64,000 bases of DNA from Thermoproteota archaeon. Lineage in GTDB: Archaea > Korarchaeota > Korarchaeia > Korarchaeales > Korarchaeaceae. Positions 18,879 to 29,061 of this stretch are shown in pieces; positions within the stretch are counted from its first letter, which is position 1, and every line of letters begins with the position of its first letter. Both the position numbers and the translations under genes were made by a program. Below the pieces are notes generated by a model, which saw only the letters and a list, made by a program, of their open reading frames with translations, searched no databases and was not told where the DNA came from. The stretch lies in contig JALSOH010000004.1 in the NCBI GenBank assembly GCA_026986575.1, forward strand, positions 192,001 through 256,000. Reading direction: 5' to 3'.

Positions 18879-20018
18879 ATGGAATGGGATGTCATAATAG
18901 TCGGCGGTGGACCCGCTGGCCTATCCGCAGCGAGGTTTTCCTCTGAACTAGGGCTTAAAACCCTGCTCTTCGAGGCCTATTCTGACATCAAGGCTTGGAA
19001 GCCTTGTGGTGAGGGAGTGAGCAAGGAGACCTTCGAAACCGCTGGGATAGAGCCCAAACCCGGTATAGTTGCAAACGAGCTCAGCATGAGGGTATACGCC
19101 CCATCGGGCAAGTATGTCGAGATCCCGCTCCATGGCTTCGCGATAAACAAGGACCTGTTCCTCCAAGAGATGGGTAAGGAGGCACTAAAGGCAGGTGCCG
19201 AATTCAGGATAGGGGAGAGAGTGGAAGGCGTCGTCAAGGAGGGCGGCAAGGTCATAGGCGTCAAGACCTCTAGGGGTGAGGTGGTCAAGGGGAAGGTAGT
19301 CATAGGTGCGGACGGTTACAACTCGGTTGTCGCCAAGACAGCCGGTCTCGATAACACTACAGAGCTGATCCCCGTTTACCAGTACAAGATGGTCGGTGTG
19401 GAACTGGACTCCCACACAACCGGCCACATATATGTAGGCTCTATGGCTCCCGGGGGATACGCTTGGATATTCCCAAAGGATGAGGAGATAGCCAACGTTG
19501 GTATTGGAGTGCGACCAGGAGCACCCAAGCCCTATCTGGATAAATTCATAAAGGACAGGCCAGAACTCTTCAGAAAAGCCAAGATAATGGGGGTTGGAGG
19601 AGCGGCAGTCCCAATTGGGGGAATGGCTAAGGAGTACATCGCGGACAACCTCATACTCCTAGGAGACGCGGCGGGAATGGTCATTCCTTTCACAGGCGCC
19701 GGTATCCACTCCTCCATAGCTGCAGGCAAGGTGGCTAGCAAGGTCATAAAGGAGGCCATAGATAGGGGAGATACCTCGGCTAGATCCCTCAAAGCCTTCG
19801 AGAAGGAGTACGAACATTGGATAAAGAGAATAAACGATAGTCTGAAGGCTATGAGGGTCTTTGAGAAACTGAGCGATGATGACCTCAACCAACTGGCGGA
19901 TGTACTGGATTACGAGGATGTGATAAACTTGGCAAACGGGATGAATTTGGGTAAAGTGGCCATGAAGCTAATGAAGCATCCGATCCTAGCCACCAAGGTG
20001 GCTAAGGCTCTCCTGTAG
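18879..20018 (+). CDS. Geranylgeranyl reductase (DGGGPL reductase family)
   Basis: GGGPAG, KPCGE, GADG, PGGYAWIFPK, GDAAG. Confidence 0.92.
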   Translation: MEWDVIIVGGGPAGLSAARFSSELGLKTLLFEAYSDIKAWKPCGEGVSKETFETAGIEPKPGIVANELSMRVYAPSGKYVEIPLHGFAINKDLFLQEMGKEALKAGAEFRIGERVEGVVKEGGKVIGVKTSRGEVVKGKVVIGADGYNSVVAKTAGLDNTTELIPVYQYKMVGVELDSHTTGHIYVGSMAPGGYAWIFPKDEEIANVGIGVRPGAPKPYLDKFIKDRPELFRKAKIMGVGGAAVPIGGMAKEYIADNLILLGDAAGMVIPFTGAGIHSSIAAGKVASKVIKEAIDRGDTSARSLKAFEKEYEHWIKRINDSLKAMRVFEKLSDDDLNQLADVLDYEDVINLANGMNLGKVAMKLMKHPILATKVAKALL

Positions 20019-20029
20019 GAGGTGTCTCT

Positions 20030-20821
20030 TTGCCTATAAAGGAGGGCGACACTGCCCTCCTAGTTGTTTACAGCAAGAAGGGAAGAGCCAAGAAGTTCCT
20101 AGTTAGGATCAAGGAAGGTAAGAGGGTTCACACCCATAAAGGATATGTAGATCTCTCCCTACTGATCGGGAAGGATTGGGGATCGGTTGTTCAAACTAAT
20201 AAGGGCATTCCAGTCGAGGTGCACAGGCCAACACTATCGGATATCATCGAGAAGCTAGGCAGAGCCACCCAGATAATATATCCCAAGGACTCGGGGTTCA
20301 TCCTACTGAAATCAGGGATCAAGCCAGGAGATAAGGTGGTCGAGATAGGAACGGGATCCGGAGCTCTGACCATAGTGCTCGCCACATTTCTGGGTCCCGA
20401 GGGGAAGGTGTATAGCTACGATGTTAGGGAGTCGTCACTCAAGATGGCGGAGAGGAATTTGAAGGCCCTGCAACTGACCAACGTCGTCCTGAAACTGAAG
20501 GACGCGAAGCAAGGGATAGATGAGGAGGACGTGGATGCGGTGTTCGTAGATATACCCGATCCTTGGGAACTCCTCCCTATGATCCACGAGAGGCTGAAGC
20601 CCAACGGCATCTTCATAGCCTTCGTTCCCTCCTGTGAACAGATAAGCAAAACCGTAGTGAGGGCTAGGGAAGTAGGGTTCAGCATGGTGGAGGTTCACGA
20701 GATATTGGATAGGGAGTATGAAAGCGATGAGAGGAGGACCAGGCCCCATCCTAGAATGATAGCGCACACGGGCTTCATAATAATCGGTAGGAAGATTAAT
20801 CCGCCCTCCTCCTCATCCTGA
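20030..20821 (+). CDS. trmI: tRNA (adenine-57/58 N1)-methyltransferase
   Basis: TQIIYPKD, EIGTGSGA, DIPDPW, HTGF. Confidence 0.94.
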   Translation: MPIKEGDTALLVVYSKKGRAKKFLVRIKEGKRVHTHKGYVDLSLLIGKDWGSVVQTNKGIPVEVHRPTLSDIIEKLGRATQIIYPKDSGFILLKSGIKPGDKVVEIGTGSGALTIVLATFLGPEGKVYSYDVRESSLKMAERNLKALQLTNVVLKLKDAKQGIDEEDVDAVFVDIPDPWELLPMIHERLKPNGIFIAFVPSCEQISKTVVRAREVGFSMVEVHEILDREYESDERRTRPHPRMIAHTGFIIIGRKINPPSSSS

Positions 20822-21128
20822 ACACTATCTCGTACTCCCCTGGCTCCAGCTCCGCGACAGCCACCTCCTCGGTGATCGTCCTAGAGAGATCGATTTCCCA
20901 TTCTCCCTCCGATACTTTCCTCAGGAAGGCCTCCTCTATCAGTAATGGGACCCCGCCTTCAGGGGCCTCGCGTTCGACCTCCCCTTCAGGCTCTTCGCTA
21001 ACCCTGTAGACGACGAACTCCAGATCTCTCGAACCGCAGGATGGGCAGATCTCTGGAAGGGTCTCATCCGCCCCCTCCAAATCCTTCCGAAACCCGCAGG
21101 ACCTGCAAACTAACACTACCTTCAACAA
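20796..21128 (-). CDS. Zn-ribbon protein OapC/ArvC-like
   Basis: CRSC...CPSCG; repeated G(E)WEIDL / GEYEI motifs; third gene of the GTPase operon. Confidence 0.75.
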   Translation of the reverse strand: MLKVVLVCRSCGFRKDLEGADETLPEICPSCGSRDLEFVVYRVSEEPEGEVEREAPEGGVPLLIEEAFLRKVSEGEWEIDLSRTITEEVAVAELEPGEYEIVFRMRRRAD

Positions 21129-21394
21129 GGTCCTACACCCGAAATGAGGACGGAGCCCCTCCTCTTAGACAGCCTTACCCCCCCAGGGTGAATGAGATAA
21201 GGACCCCCCTCAGAGAGCTTCTCTATCTCCATCCCAGATGATTCGCCCTCATGTCTAGAGAGTAGGGATTCTAGGGCAGAGACTACCGCCTTAGGATCTA
21301 TAGTCTTCGTTATGACGACACCTCCCTCCATCAAGAGGCTGACCACTTCCTCAACACTATCCTCAGAGAGTTCCTCTAGGAACAGGATGTTCAT
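21122..21394 (-). CDS. OapB/ArvB (DUF2073)-like protein, short
   Basis: Lies between the GTPase and Zn-ribbon genes; GGVVI, SGMEIE motifs. Confidence 0.6.
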   Translation of the reverse strand: MNILFLEELSEDSVEEVVSLLMEGGVVITKTIDPKAVVSALESLLSRHEGESSGMEIEKLSEGGPYLIHPGGVRLSKRRGSVLISGVGPC

Positions 21395-22047
21395 CCACTG
21401 GCTACCTCCGCTATGGCCTCATAGAGGCTCTCAATATTGTCTCCCCTTAAAGCCGATATCTTCACGACCAGATCCTCCGAGAAGGCCTTCTCCACCCTGT
21501 TAGGCCTGGAATACGGGAGGTCGATCTTATTAGCCACCACTATGTACGGTATCCCCCTAGCCTTAAGATTTCCAGCTATCACCCAGTTAACTTGCGATGT
21601 TGGATCCTTGGTGGAGTCCAACACTATCAAGGCCACATCAACCCTCTCCATCGACTTTATGGCCTCAACGACTCCCTTAGCCGCCTCAGCAGCTCTCTCC
21701 AGAGCTTCCTCTTTCTTAAAACCGTATCTAAGGAAACTCCTGTAAGTGACCCTCATCGCTATTCCTGGCGTATCAACGACATCCATCACCAAGGAAGAAC
21801 CATTTCTTAACTTGAGGGAGACGTTCTCCATCACGCTGACGGTTCTGGTCTCGTGAGGCACTCTGCTCACGGTCCCGAGCTTCTCCCCCACGAAGTCCAT
21901 ACAGATCTTATTGGCTAGAGTTGTCTTCCCAGAGTTGACAGGGCCATAAATACCCAGTATTATCCTCTTCCTCCTACGGAACAGCCTAGAAAATATCCTA
22001 GAAAGGAATCCGCCACTCTGCTTCGGCTCGACGAGTCTGGCCAGCAT
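21391..22047 (-). CDS. Era-like small GTPase OapA/ArvA
   Basis: GIYGPVNSGKTTLANKI, PHETR, DTPG, ANKID, ISA; amphipathic N-terminus. Confidence 0.88.
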   Translation of the reverse strand: MLARLVEPKQSGGFLSRIFSRLFRRRKRIILGIYGPVNSGKTTLANKICMDFVGEKLGTVSRVPHETRTVSVMENVSLKLRNGSSLVMDVVDTPGIAMRVTYRSFLRYGFKKEEALERAAEAAKGVVEAIKSMERVDVALIVLDSTKDPTSQVNWVIAGNLKARGIPYIVVANKIDLPYSRPNRVEKAFSEDLVVKISALRGDNIESLYEAIAEVASG

Positions 22048-22122
22048 TTTCCCATATAAACTGGTTCCATTGCCGTTATAAAGGGCCTAACTGGGATGTA
22101 ATGCGCCATAAATATCTAACTC

Positions 22123-23472
22123 CTAGCTCAGCTGGACTATCTCTCCCAGCTTGGGGATATACGTCCTGATTCTCCTCTTCTCCAACTTTCTCCTCAACTG
22201 ACGCATCTTGTCCGGCTCTCCATGGACCAGAATAACTTCTTTCAGCCCGCTCTCGCTCAACTTGGATACGAAATTGATAAGGTTTGGTTGGTCAGCGTGA
22301 GCGGAGAAGTCGGCGAACTTGACATCCGCCTCTATACGTATCGTGCTGCCATCGGGCATGGGTATGTCCCTCTCGCCATCCATCAGCAGTCTGCCCCTAG
22401 TTCCCCTAACTTGGTATCCAGTCAGATAGATCAGGTTTCCCTTCTTCGTCCCGAAGTGCTTTAAGTAGGTGAGAACCGGGCCTCCTTGGAGCATTCCAGA
22501 TGTAGTTACCACTATGAAGGGCTCACTGAGATCCAATATCTCATCCCTGCTCCAGACCTCCTCTATCGCCCTGTGATCGAACAGACCTTTCTTGCTCTCC
22601 CTCACCCTCCTCTGCAGCTCAGGTCTAAGCCAAGACCAGTAAATGGTATAGAATTTGGAGACCTCCCTGATCATGCCATCAACGAATATCGGGACCTCGG
22701 GGAGGAACCCAGACTCCATATAGTGGATGAGCGTCAGAAGAACCTCCTGGGCTCTCCCTAATGCGAAAGCTGGGACGATCGTCACGCCACCGGACTGAAT
22801 CACGGACCTTATGTCCTCAACGAACTTCCTCTCCACCTTCTTCCTAGAGGGGTGGACATCTTGGTCTCCTCCATACGTACTCTCTATCACGAGGTAATTC
22901 ACCTCCGGAAGGTTTACATTTGCGCCCCTGAGCGTCCTAGTATTTGATGTGTTCAGATCTCCCGTGTACAGGAGGGAAATCCCGTCAGGCGATCTCAGGT
23001 ATATCATCGCGGAACCCAGTACATGTCCCGCATTGAATGGGATGACCTCCCAGCCGTCCACTTGAGTGGACATGCCGAATCTGATAGACCTCTCCCTCTT
23101 CTTCAGCAACCCTATATCCTGATTAGTAAAGGGCTTCGGTTCGTCTTCAGGAAATAGATTAAGGAAATCCCTCAGTAGGATCTCGGACACATCTACAGTG
23201 GGAGGGGTAGCTAGGAAGTCGCATTCCCATTTGGATACTACGGCGGGGGCATACCCCGAGTGATCTAGATGAGCATGGGTCAGCACTAGGGAGCTGACAT
23301 CATGCTGAGGATCCAAGGGGAATTTGTCCCTGCCCCTTCCCCCGAAATCAACGCCAGAATCAAGTATGATCGATCCTTCCTTCTCGATCACCTCTAAGCT
23401 GGACCTTCCCACCCTCTCGGCGGCCCCCAAGAACCTGAGCTTAATCCCGCTCGTTCTTACGCACCTCCTCAA
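22123..23472 (-). CDS. beta-CASP metallo-beta-lactamase ribonuclease (aCPSF2-like)
   Basis: THAHLDH, AGHVLGS, ESTYG, TSGMLQGG, FSAHAD, VHGE; no KH domains. Confidence 0.9.
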   Translation of the reverse strand: MRRCVRTSGIKLRFLGAAERVGRSSLEVIEKEGSIILDSGVDFGGRGRDKFPLDPQHDVSSLVLTHAHLDHSGYAPAVVSKWECDFLATPPTVDVSEILLRDFLNLFPEDEPKPFTNQDIGLLKKRERSIRFGMSTQVDGWEVIPFNAGHVLGSAMIYLRSPDGISLLYTGDLNTSNTRTLRGANVNLPEVNYLVIESTYGGDQDVHPSRKKVERKFVEDIRSVIQSGGVTIVPAFALGRAQEVLLTLIHYMESGFLPEVPIFVDGMIREVSKFYTIYWSWLRPELQRRVRESKKGLFDHRAIEEVWSRDEILDLSEPFIVVTTSGMLQGGPVLTYLKHFGTKKGNLIYLTGYQVRGTRGRLLMDGERDIPMPDGSTIRIEADVKFADFSAHADQPNLINFVSKLSESGLKEVILVHGEPDKMRQLRRKLEKRRIRTYIPKLGEIVQLS

Positions 23473-24826
23473 TTAGTCTTTTAGCTCTCTCAAATTCCAG
23501 ACTGGCTATCTCATGCCCAGCCCCGATATATGTGTTCGGATCTCTCAGGGCCTCAACCTCCTCGGGAGTTAAGAGGCTGCTTATGGTTGGGTCTTCCAAG
23601 GCGATCTTGAATAGGGACTCTCCCCGTTCGTAGGATGCCATCGCTACCCTCCTCACCAGCTCGTGGGACTCCTGTCTTCCTAAACCCTTCTTCACTAGGG
23701 CTATCATCAACCTCTCACTCAGAGCTAGGTCAGAGTACCTTGCGAGGTTCTCTCTTATCCGGTCCTCATTGATCATCAGATTTTTCATCACATCGGTAAG
23801 AGAGATGAATTGCTCTTCCAGCAGCAGGAAAGCTTCGGGCAGAAAACACCTTTCTGCAGAACTATTCGTCAGATCTCTCTCATGCTCGAGCACTATGTTC
23901 TCAAGCGCCGCTATTGCGAGAGATCTCACCACCTTCGCTAGCCCACAGACCTTCTCGCTCTTTATGGGGTTCCTCTTGTGAGGCATGGTGCTGGATCCAA
24001 CCTGAGTGGCGGATTCGAAGTACTCTTGGATCTCTCCTATCTCCGTCCTGTGGAGGTTCCTTATCTCGTTGGCTATGGCATCTAAGGAGGAGGACATTGC
24101 CGATATCGATATGATTAACCGGGCTAACCTATCCCTAGGTACTACCTGAGTGCTTATCTCTGCAGCTTTGAGGCCGAGCCTACCCAACACATCCTCTTGA
24201 AATTTTATGGGATCTTCGACGCCTAGCTCCACAAGCGCGGCCATTGTCCCAACAGCGCCAGCTATCTTGCCGACTGTAGCATCATTTAAGGCCTCTAATA
24301 AGCTTTCCAAACCCTTCCTCACGAAATACGACCACAGCGCGAACTTCATTGAGAGAGGGATCGGGTCCGCTATGACACCGTGCGTCCTACCTAGGGCCAC
24401 TATCCCCTTCTTCTCTACCTCCTCTCCTCTCCTGACGATTTCCTCTAGGAGGTTTACGGCCCTCCTCACGAGCAGAGATCCAGCCTCTCTGATTTGCAGG
24501 GCCATCACCGTATCAAGCACGTCGTTGGAGGTTATCCCGAGGTGCACATGCATTCCGCTCCTCCCCGCCTTCCTAGCCAGCACCCTGACTAGGGCCATCG
24601 TCTCATGCTTCGTGGTCTTTTCTTCCTCCCTCACCTCATCCCAGCTTACGGACTCAGCTGCCCTCCTCACATCCTCGACCGCTTCTCTGGGCACTATCCC
24701 TCTGTCCGCGAGCGCCTCGACTAGGGCGACCTCCACTCGGGCCATGAGCCTCACTCTGTTTTCAGGTTCGAAGACGCGCCTCATCTCGCTTGATCCATAT
24801 CTGTAATCAATCGGATGAACCGGCAT
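23441..24826 (-). CDS. purB: Adenylosuccinate lyase
   Basis: GRTHG, GSSTMPHKRNP, HERDLTNS. Confidence 0.95.
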   Translation of the reverse strand: MPVHPIDYRYGSSEMRRVFEPENRVRLMARVEVALVEALADRGIVPREAVEDVRRAAESVSWDEVREEEKTTKHETMALVRVLARKAGRSGMHVHLGITSNDVLDTVMALQIREAGSLLVRRAVNLLEEIVRRGEEVEKKGIVALGRTHGVIADPIPLSMKFALWSYFVRKGLESLLEALNDATVGKIAGAVGTMAALVELGVEDPIKFQEDVLGRLGLKAAEISTQVVPRDRLARLIISISAMSSSLDAIANEIRNLHRTEIGEIQEYFESATQVGSSTMPHKRNPIKSEKVCGLAKVVRSLAIAALENIVLEHERDLTNSSAERCFLPEAFLLLEEQFISLTDVMKNLMINEDRIRENLARYSDLALSERLMIALVKKGLGRQESHELVRRVAMASYERGESLFKIALEDPTISSLLTPEEVEALRDPNTYIGAGHEIASLEFERAKRLIEEVRKNERD

Positions 24827-26918
24827 GGATCATTGACCTCGCCTGTTCTATTATCTCCTTGGACAGGCGCCTTCCTATCCCCGGCAACCTCTCAAGATCC
24901 CTTGGAGTCGCCTCAGCTATATCCTTAACGGTTCTGTACCCTGCCTCAAAGAGGACCTTGGCCCTTATCCTACCCACCCCTCTTATTGAGACGAGTTGGA
25001 GCATCTCCTCCGGTATGCCATATTTCAACCTCATGGACAGGGTGCTCAACCAATCAGCAAGCGTTCTCTTCCTCAATAATCTGGCTATCTCCGAGAAAGC
25101 GTAACAGAGCCAGGCACCTGTCTCAGCCAATCCTCTCAGATCGCCCGGTTCTATTCCAAGTCTCTCCTCGATATCTCCTTCAGCAAAACCCTCAATCCAA
25201 AGTTTCAAGGAGAGAGCAGCCTTGGTAATTTGAAGGAGCTCGTTCATTGAGGAGACGGGGATCTCTTCAATGGGAAGGAGGAGATCCATCCCCTCCAGTA
25301 CCTCCTCCAACAGGGTTCTTCCGCCACGCTGGAGAGAAACCCTCGGCATGTCGGGAACCATTGAGATGAGATGTAGGACGGGTAGCTCTACGGAATCACC
25401 GGAGCTGAATCTACGATCAAGCTCGTCCAAGGATTGGATCATTAGGTGAGCCGACGACGGGTCTACATAGAGCTCAGAGACCCTCTTGCCAACTGGAGTG
25501 GCCTCATAACCGTCATACTCACTCACCAAGAATCCTTCTCTTTCTAGAGACGACAGGACGTAGGGTAAGGATCTCTCTAGGAGCCTACTCCCGCCTTGGA
25601 TGTAAAGGAGTGTCTTCCTAAAGATTTCATATAGATCCGACTTACTCATATATCCCCATGAAGCTACAAGCGCCAAGACGTGGTTCCTGAGCTGAGAGAT
25701 ATCGTAAAGCGACGAGGTTATCGGCTCAGGCTCAGAGGAGAGGTATCTCTTGAAAACTCTCTCGGCATCCCTTTCACTTCCGACGACCACAAAGGCTTCG
25801 CCATAGGGGTCGTATCGGGGTCGACCGGCTCTCCCAACCATCTGCCAGAATTCCATCACCGAAATAGGGGCCATCCTACCCAGTCTCCTGTCGAACCTCC
25901 TGTAGGAGCTTATGATGACGGTCCTAGCCGGTAAGTTCACTCCCGCCGCCAAGGTTGGAGTCGCAGTTATCACCCTGATCTTTCCAAAGCGAAAAGCGTT
26001 TTCTACAGCTTTTCTCAACTCGAAGGGTAATCCAGCATGATGGAAGGCGACCCCCCTCCTCATGAAGAGGGTGAGCTTCTCCACGAGCTTGGAGGAGCTG
26101 TATCCATCCAGACCCCCCTCAACCAACTCTTCTAATTCAACTCCTTCCAGATTCAACTTTGATGATAGCTTCTCAGCCCAAGAGACAGCATCTATCCTCC
26201 TGTTGTAGAATATTATAACTTGGCCGCCGCTCTCCAAGCTCCTCACGACTAGAGGAAGGACTCCCTCCCCGGGCAACGGTTCGATCTCTCCATCCCGAAA
26301 TATCAGGTGTCCAGCGTGATACATTGCCACCCTCAAGGGAACAGGTCTCCAGTTAACTCTTAGAGGAGTAGCACCCAGCCAGGATGCAATTTCCTCCAAG
26401 TTAGTGATGGTCGCGCTGAGAGCAATTCTCCTCGCATCGTCGTTATCGTACATGAACTTGGAGACGGCCATCTCGAGAGTAGGTCCCCTATAGGGATCGC
26501 CGACGTAGTGAACCTCGTCTAGCACTAGGAGGGTCAGCTGCCCTAACCAACCGGCCCCATGCCTCTGAACCGAATCGAACTTCTCATACGTCATCACTAT
26601 GAGATCGTACTGGGCTAGGGGCTCTTCGGACGAGTCGTAGTCACCTATCGAGATCCTTACTCTATGACCGCTGAACACCTGAGAGAACTCCTCGTACTTC
26701 TCATAGGCCAAAGAACGCAAAGGTACTAGGTATAGGACCTTTCCTCCCTTTTCTAGCTCCTCATTCATGACCATCTCTGCTGATAGCGTCTTTCCAGCTG
26801 CCGTGGGGGCGGCTAAAACAAAGTTCCCTTCCTCAAGCAGATTCCCCTCTAGAACCACCCGCTGCGTCGGGTAAAGCTCAGTCACACCCAAGCGATCGAG
26901 AAGATCCTCTAGCCCCAT
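24807..26918 (-). CDS. hel308: Ski2-like helicase Hel308/Hjm
   Basis: PTAAGKT, DEVH, LSAT, FHHAGL, TLAAGVNLPA, QMVGRAGR, C-terminal HhH. Confidence 0.93.
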   Translation of the reverse strand: MGLEDLLDRLGVTELYPTQRVVLEGNLLEEGNFVLAAPTAAGKTLSAEMVMNEELEKGGKVLYLVPLRSLAYEKYEEFSQVFSGHRVRISIGDYDSSEEPLAQYDLIVMTYEKFDSVQRHGAGWLGQLTLLVLDEVHYVGDPYRGPTLEMAVSKFMYDNDDARRIALSATITNLEEIASWLGATPLRVNWRPVPLRVAMYHAGHLIFRDGEIEPLPGEGVLPLVVRSLESGGQVIIFYNRRIDAVSWAEKLSSKLNLEGVELEELVEGGLDGYSSSKLVEKLTLFMRRGVAFHHAGLPFELRKAVENAFRFGKIRVITATPTLAAGVNLPARTVIISSYRRFDRRLGRMAPISVMEFWQMVGRAGRPRYDPYGEAFVVVGSERDAERVFKRYLSSEPEPITSSLYDISQLRNHVLALVASWGYMSKSDLYEIFRKTLLYIQGGSRLLERSLPYVLSSLEREGFLVSEYDGYEATPVGKRVSELYVDPSSAHLMIQSLDELDRRFSSGDSVELPVLHLISMVPDMPRVSLQRGGRTLLEEVLEGMDLLLPIEEIPVSSMNELLQITKAALSLKLWIEGFAEGDIEERLGIEPGDLRGLAETGAWLCYAFSEIARLLRKRTLADWLSTLSMRLKYGIPEEMLQLVSIRGVGRIRAKVLFEAGYRTVKDIAEATPRDLERLPGIGRRLSKEIIEQARSMIHAGSSD

Positions 26919-26922
26919 TCTT

Positions 26923-29061
26923 TCATCCTTCTAACAGGCTGATTTTATCCAGCTTGGGGAATATTATCAGACCGTCCTCGTTGAGCTTTTTCAGGATGTC
27001 CTCTATCACGTACTCCTTCCCCCTCAGATTGAGCTTCTCAGCGGCTAGCCTCACCACCACATCCCTATCAACGGTACCGTCCTCGGATTCCTCCACCAGC
27101 TGCTTGATCAGCGAGTAGACTATCTCCCTCCTCTTAACCATCGTATAGGAGACACCGGTCATGAGCCCGGTGATATCTCTTATCCCAGATACGACGTCAT
27201 GAGCGGCTCCCTCCAGCATTATATTCACCAACTTGATCGCCATCTCGGCGTCCTCGGCCATCACCTCCTTCCTGAGGTGCATCCTAGCCCTAGCCTCGCT
27301 GAGCCTTATGAGAGCCTCCAATTGCCTTGGGGTTATTGCGATGGTCTCAAAGAGGATATCCCCCCCTTCCTCGTCCCTAGCTATACCCTTCTTCCTCATC
27401 TCGACGTAAAATTCCTTGATCCTCCTAGCGGCCTCGTCAGTTAGCGTTGGATCTATGTTCTGCTTCGCGTACGCTATGTACTTCTTCAACAGAGTAGGAT
27501 CTATCGGGGGCCTGGCTTCGGGGTTCCTCCCCATTCTAGTGATGAGGATATGCTCAGCTACCATGCTGTCGGCTTCGAGGCTCGGCCTGTCCTTCATTAT
27601 GAACACCAAGTCGAACCTGGAGAGGATCGTTGGAGGGAGGTTTATGTTCTCGGTTATGGAGACGTAGTCGTCATACCTTCCCTTCTTCGGGTTAGCTGCA
27701 GCGATTATGGTGGTCCGTGCGTTAAGTGTAGCCACTATCCCTGCCTTAGCTATCGAAATGGTCTGCTGCTCCATGGCCTCATGTATAGATCTCCTGTCGT
27801 CCTCATTCATCTTGTCGAACTCGTCAATGCAAGCGACTCCTCTGTCCGCCAACACCAGCGCGCCAGCTTCAAGGGTCCATCCACCTGTTGCAGAGTCCCT
27901 AACAACCGCAGCGGTCAGGCCTGCTGCGGTCGATCCCTTTCCCGTCGTGTATAGGCCTCGGGGCGCTAACTGCGCAGCATATTTGAGAAGTTGACTCTTG
28001 GCAACTCCCGGATCTCCCACCATGAGGATGTTTATCTCTCCTCTTACCTTAGAGCCGTCGGCCAGTATCTTGGTACTACCTCCGAAAAGGGCGTATGCTA
28101 TCGCCCTCTTTACCTCTATCCAGCCGAACACGGAGGGGGCAATGGACTTGACGATGAGATCCTCTAGATCTTCCCTCTCAGCCAGCCTCCAGATCTCCTC
28201 CTCGTCCTCTGGAGTTATCTCAAGCTTCTCGTAGATCCTATTTGGAACCTCAACGTGCAATATCTCCAAATAACGCTTATAGATCGGGCCTTGCCCCCTT
28301 CCCTCGTCCCTTCTAGCTGGCTTGATCCTTATTATTCCCGTGATCTTGACCCTATCTCCCGGCTTGACCTCATCCACTATATCATCCAAAAGGACCCCGT
28401 CTATGTGCTCGGGCATCATACCTGGAGGGAGGTCCTCGGGCCTCTCTTGGATCCTTATAGTCCTCCATCGCACAAATTTGCTTAGTTCGGGCGAAAACTT
28501 CATAGGAGCGTCATGCTTCGGGCATCTTTCCGGAGGCTTAACTTTACCCCCATTAATATCCAAGATCACTATATCTTGTTGATCCTCAGGGCATACATAA
28601 ACCGCTTGCAAGAGTTTATCATAAATATCAGAGACTCTAGTTACTATTCCCTCTATCTCTATCAATCTCCCTATAGAGAACTTGGTCACATCCCTCAGGG
28701 ACGCTTTTGTGGGAATGTTGTAAAATCTTAGGTGGAAATCCCCTTCACTGTAAATCCTATATTTCTCCTCTCCGATCAAATCACCTAAGAGCTCGCTTAC
28801 AAGCTCCTTCAGAGCTCTGGAGGCTGCCTCTAAATGGAAAGTCGGGTGAACTATGATATCCTCGGCTATCTCCCTGAATTCGGGGTTAAAATTGTAAAGA
28901 TGAACCCAGTTAACCTCTAGGGATCTCCTTTGATCCTCTATCATCTGAGCTAATGCGTTGCTATAGATGGGCTCGCTGTCCTCATCCAAGTAGAACCGTA
29001 TGAACTCCTTATACTTCTCGGCGAGCTCATCGGGAGATAGAAGAGGGGCCCTCTCCACCAT
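26923..29061 (-). CDS. mcm: MCM replicative helicase
   Basis: GDPGVAKSQ, IDEFDKM, SRFD; no intein. Confidence 0.97.
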   Translation of the reverse strand: MVERAPLLSPDELAEKYKEFIRFYLDEDSEPIYSNALAQMIEDQRRSLEVNWVHLYNFNPEFREIAEDIIVHPTFHLEAASRALKELVSELLGDLIGEEKYRIYSEGDFHLRFYNIPTKASLRDVTKFSIGRLIEIEGIVTRVSDIYDKLLQAVYVCPEDQQDIVILDINGGKVKPPERCPKHDAPMKFSPELSKFVRWRTIRIQERPEDLPPGMMPEHIDGVLLDDIVDEVKPGDRVKITGIIRIKPARRDEGRGQGPIYKRYLEILHVEVPNRIYEKLEITPEDEEEIWRLAEREDLEDLIVKSIAPSVFGWIEVKRAIAYALFGGSTKILADGSKVRGEINILMVGDPGVAKSQLLKYAAQLAPRGLYTTGKGSTAAGLTAAVVRDSATGGWTLEAGALVLADRGVACIDEFDKMNEDDRRSIHEAMEQQTISIAKAGIVATLNARTTIIAAANPKKGRYDDYVSITENINLPPTILSRFDLVFIMKDRPSLEADSMVAEHILITRMGRNPEARPPIDPTLLKKYIAYAKQNIDPTLTDEAARRIKEFYVEMRKKGIARDEEGGDILFETIAITPRQLEALIRLSEARARMHLRKEVMAEDAEMAIKLVNIMLEGAAHDVVSGIRDITGLMTGVSYTMVKRREIVYSLIKQLVEESEDGTVDRDVVVRLAAEKLNLRGKEYVIEDILKKLNEDGLIIFPKLDKISLLEG

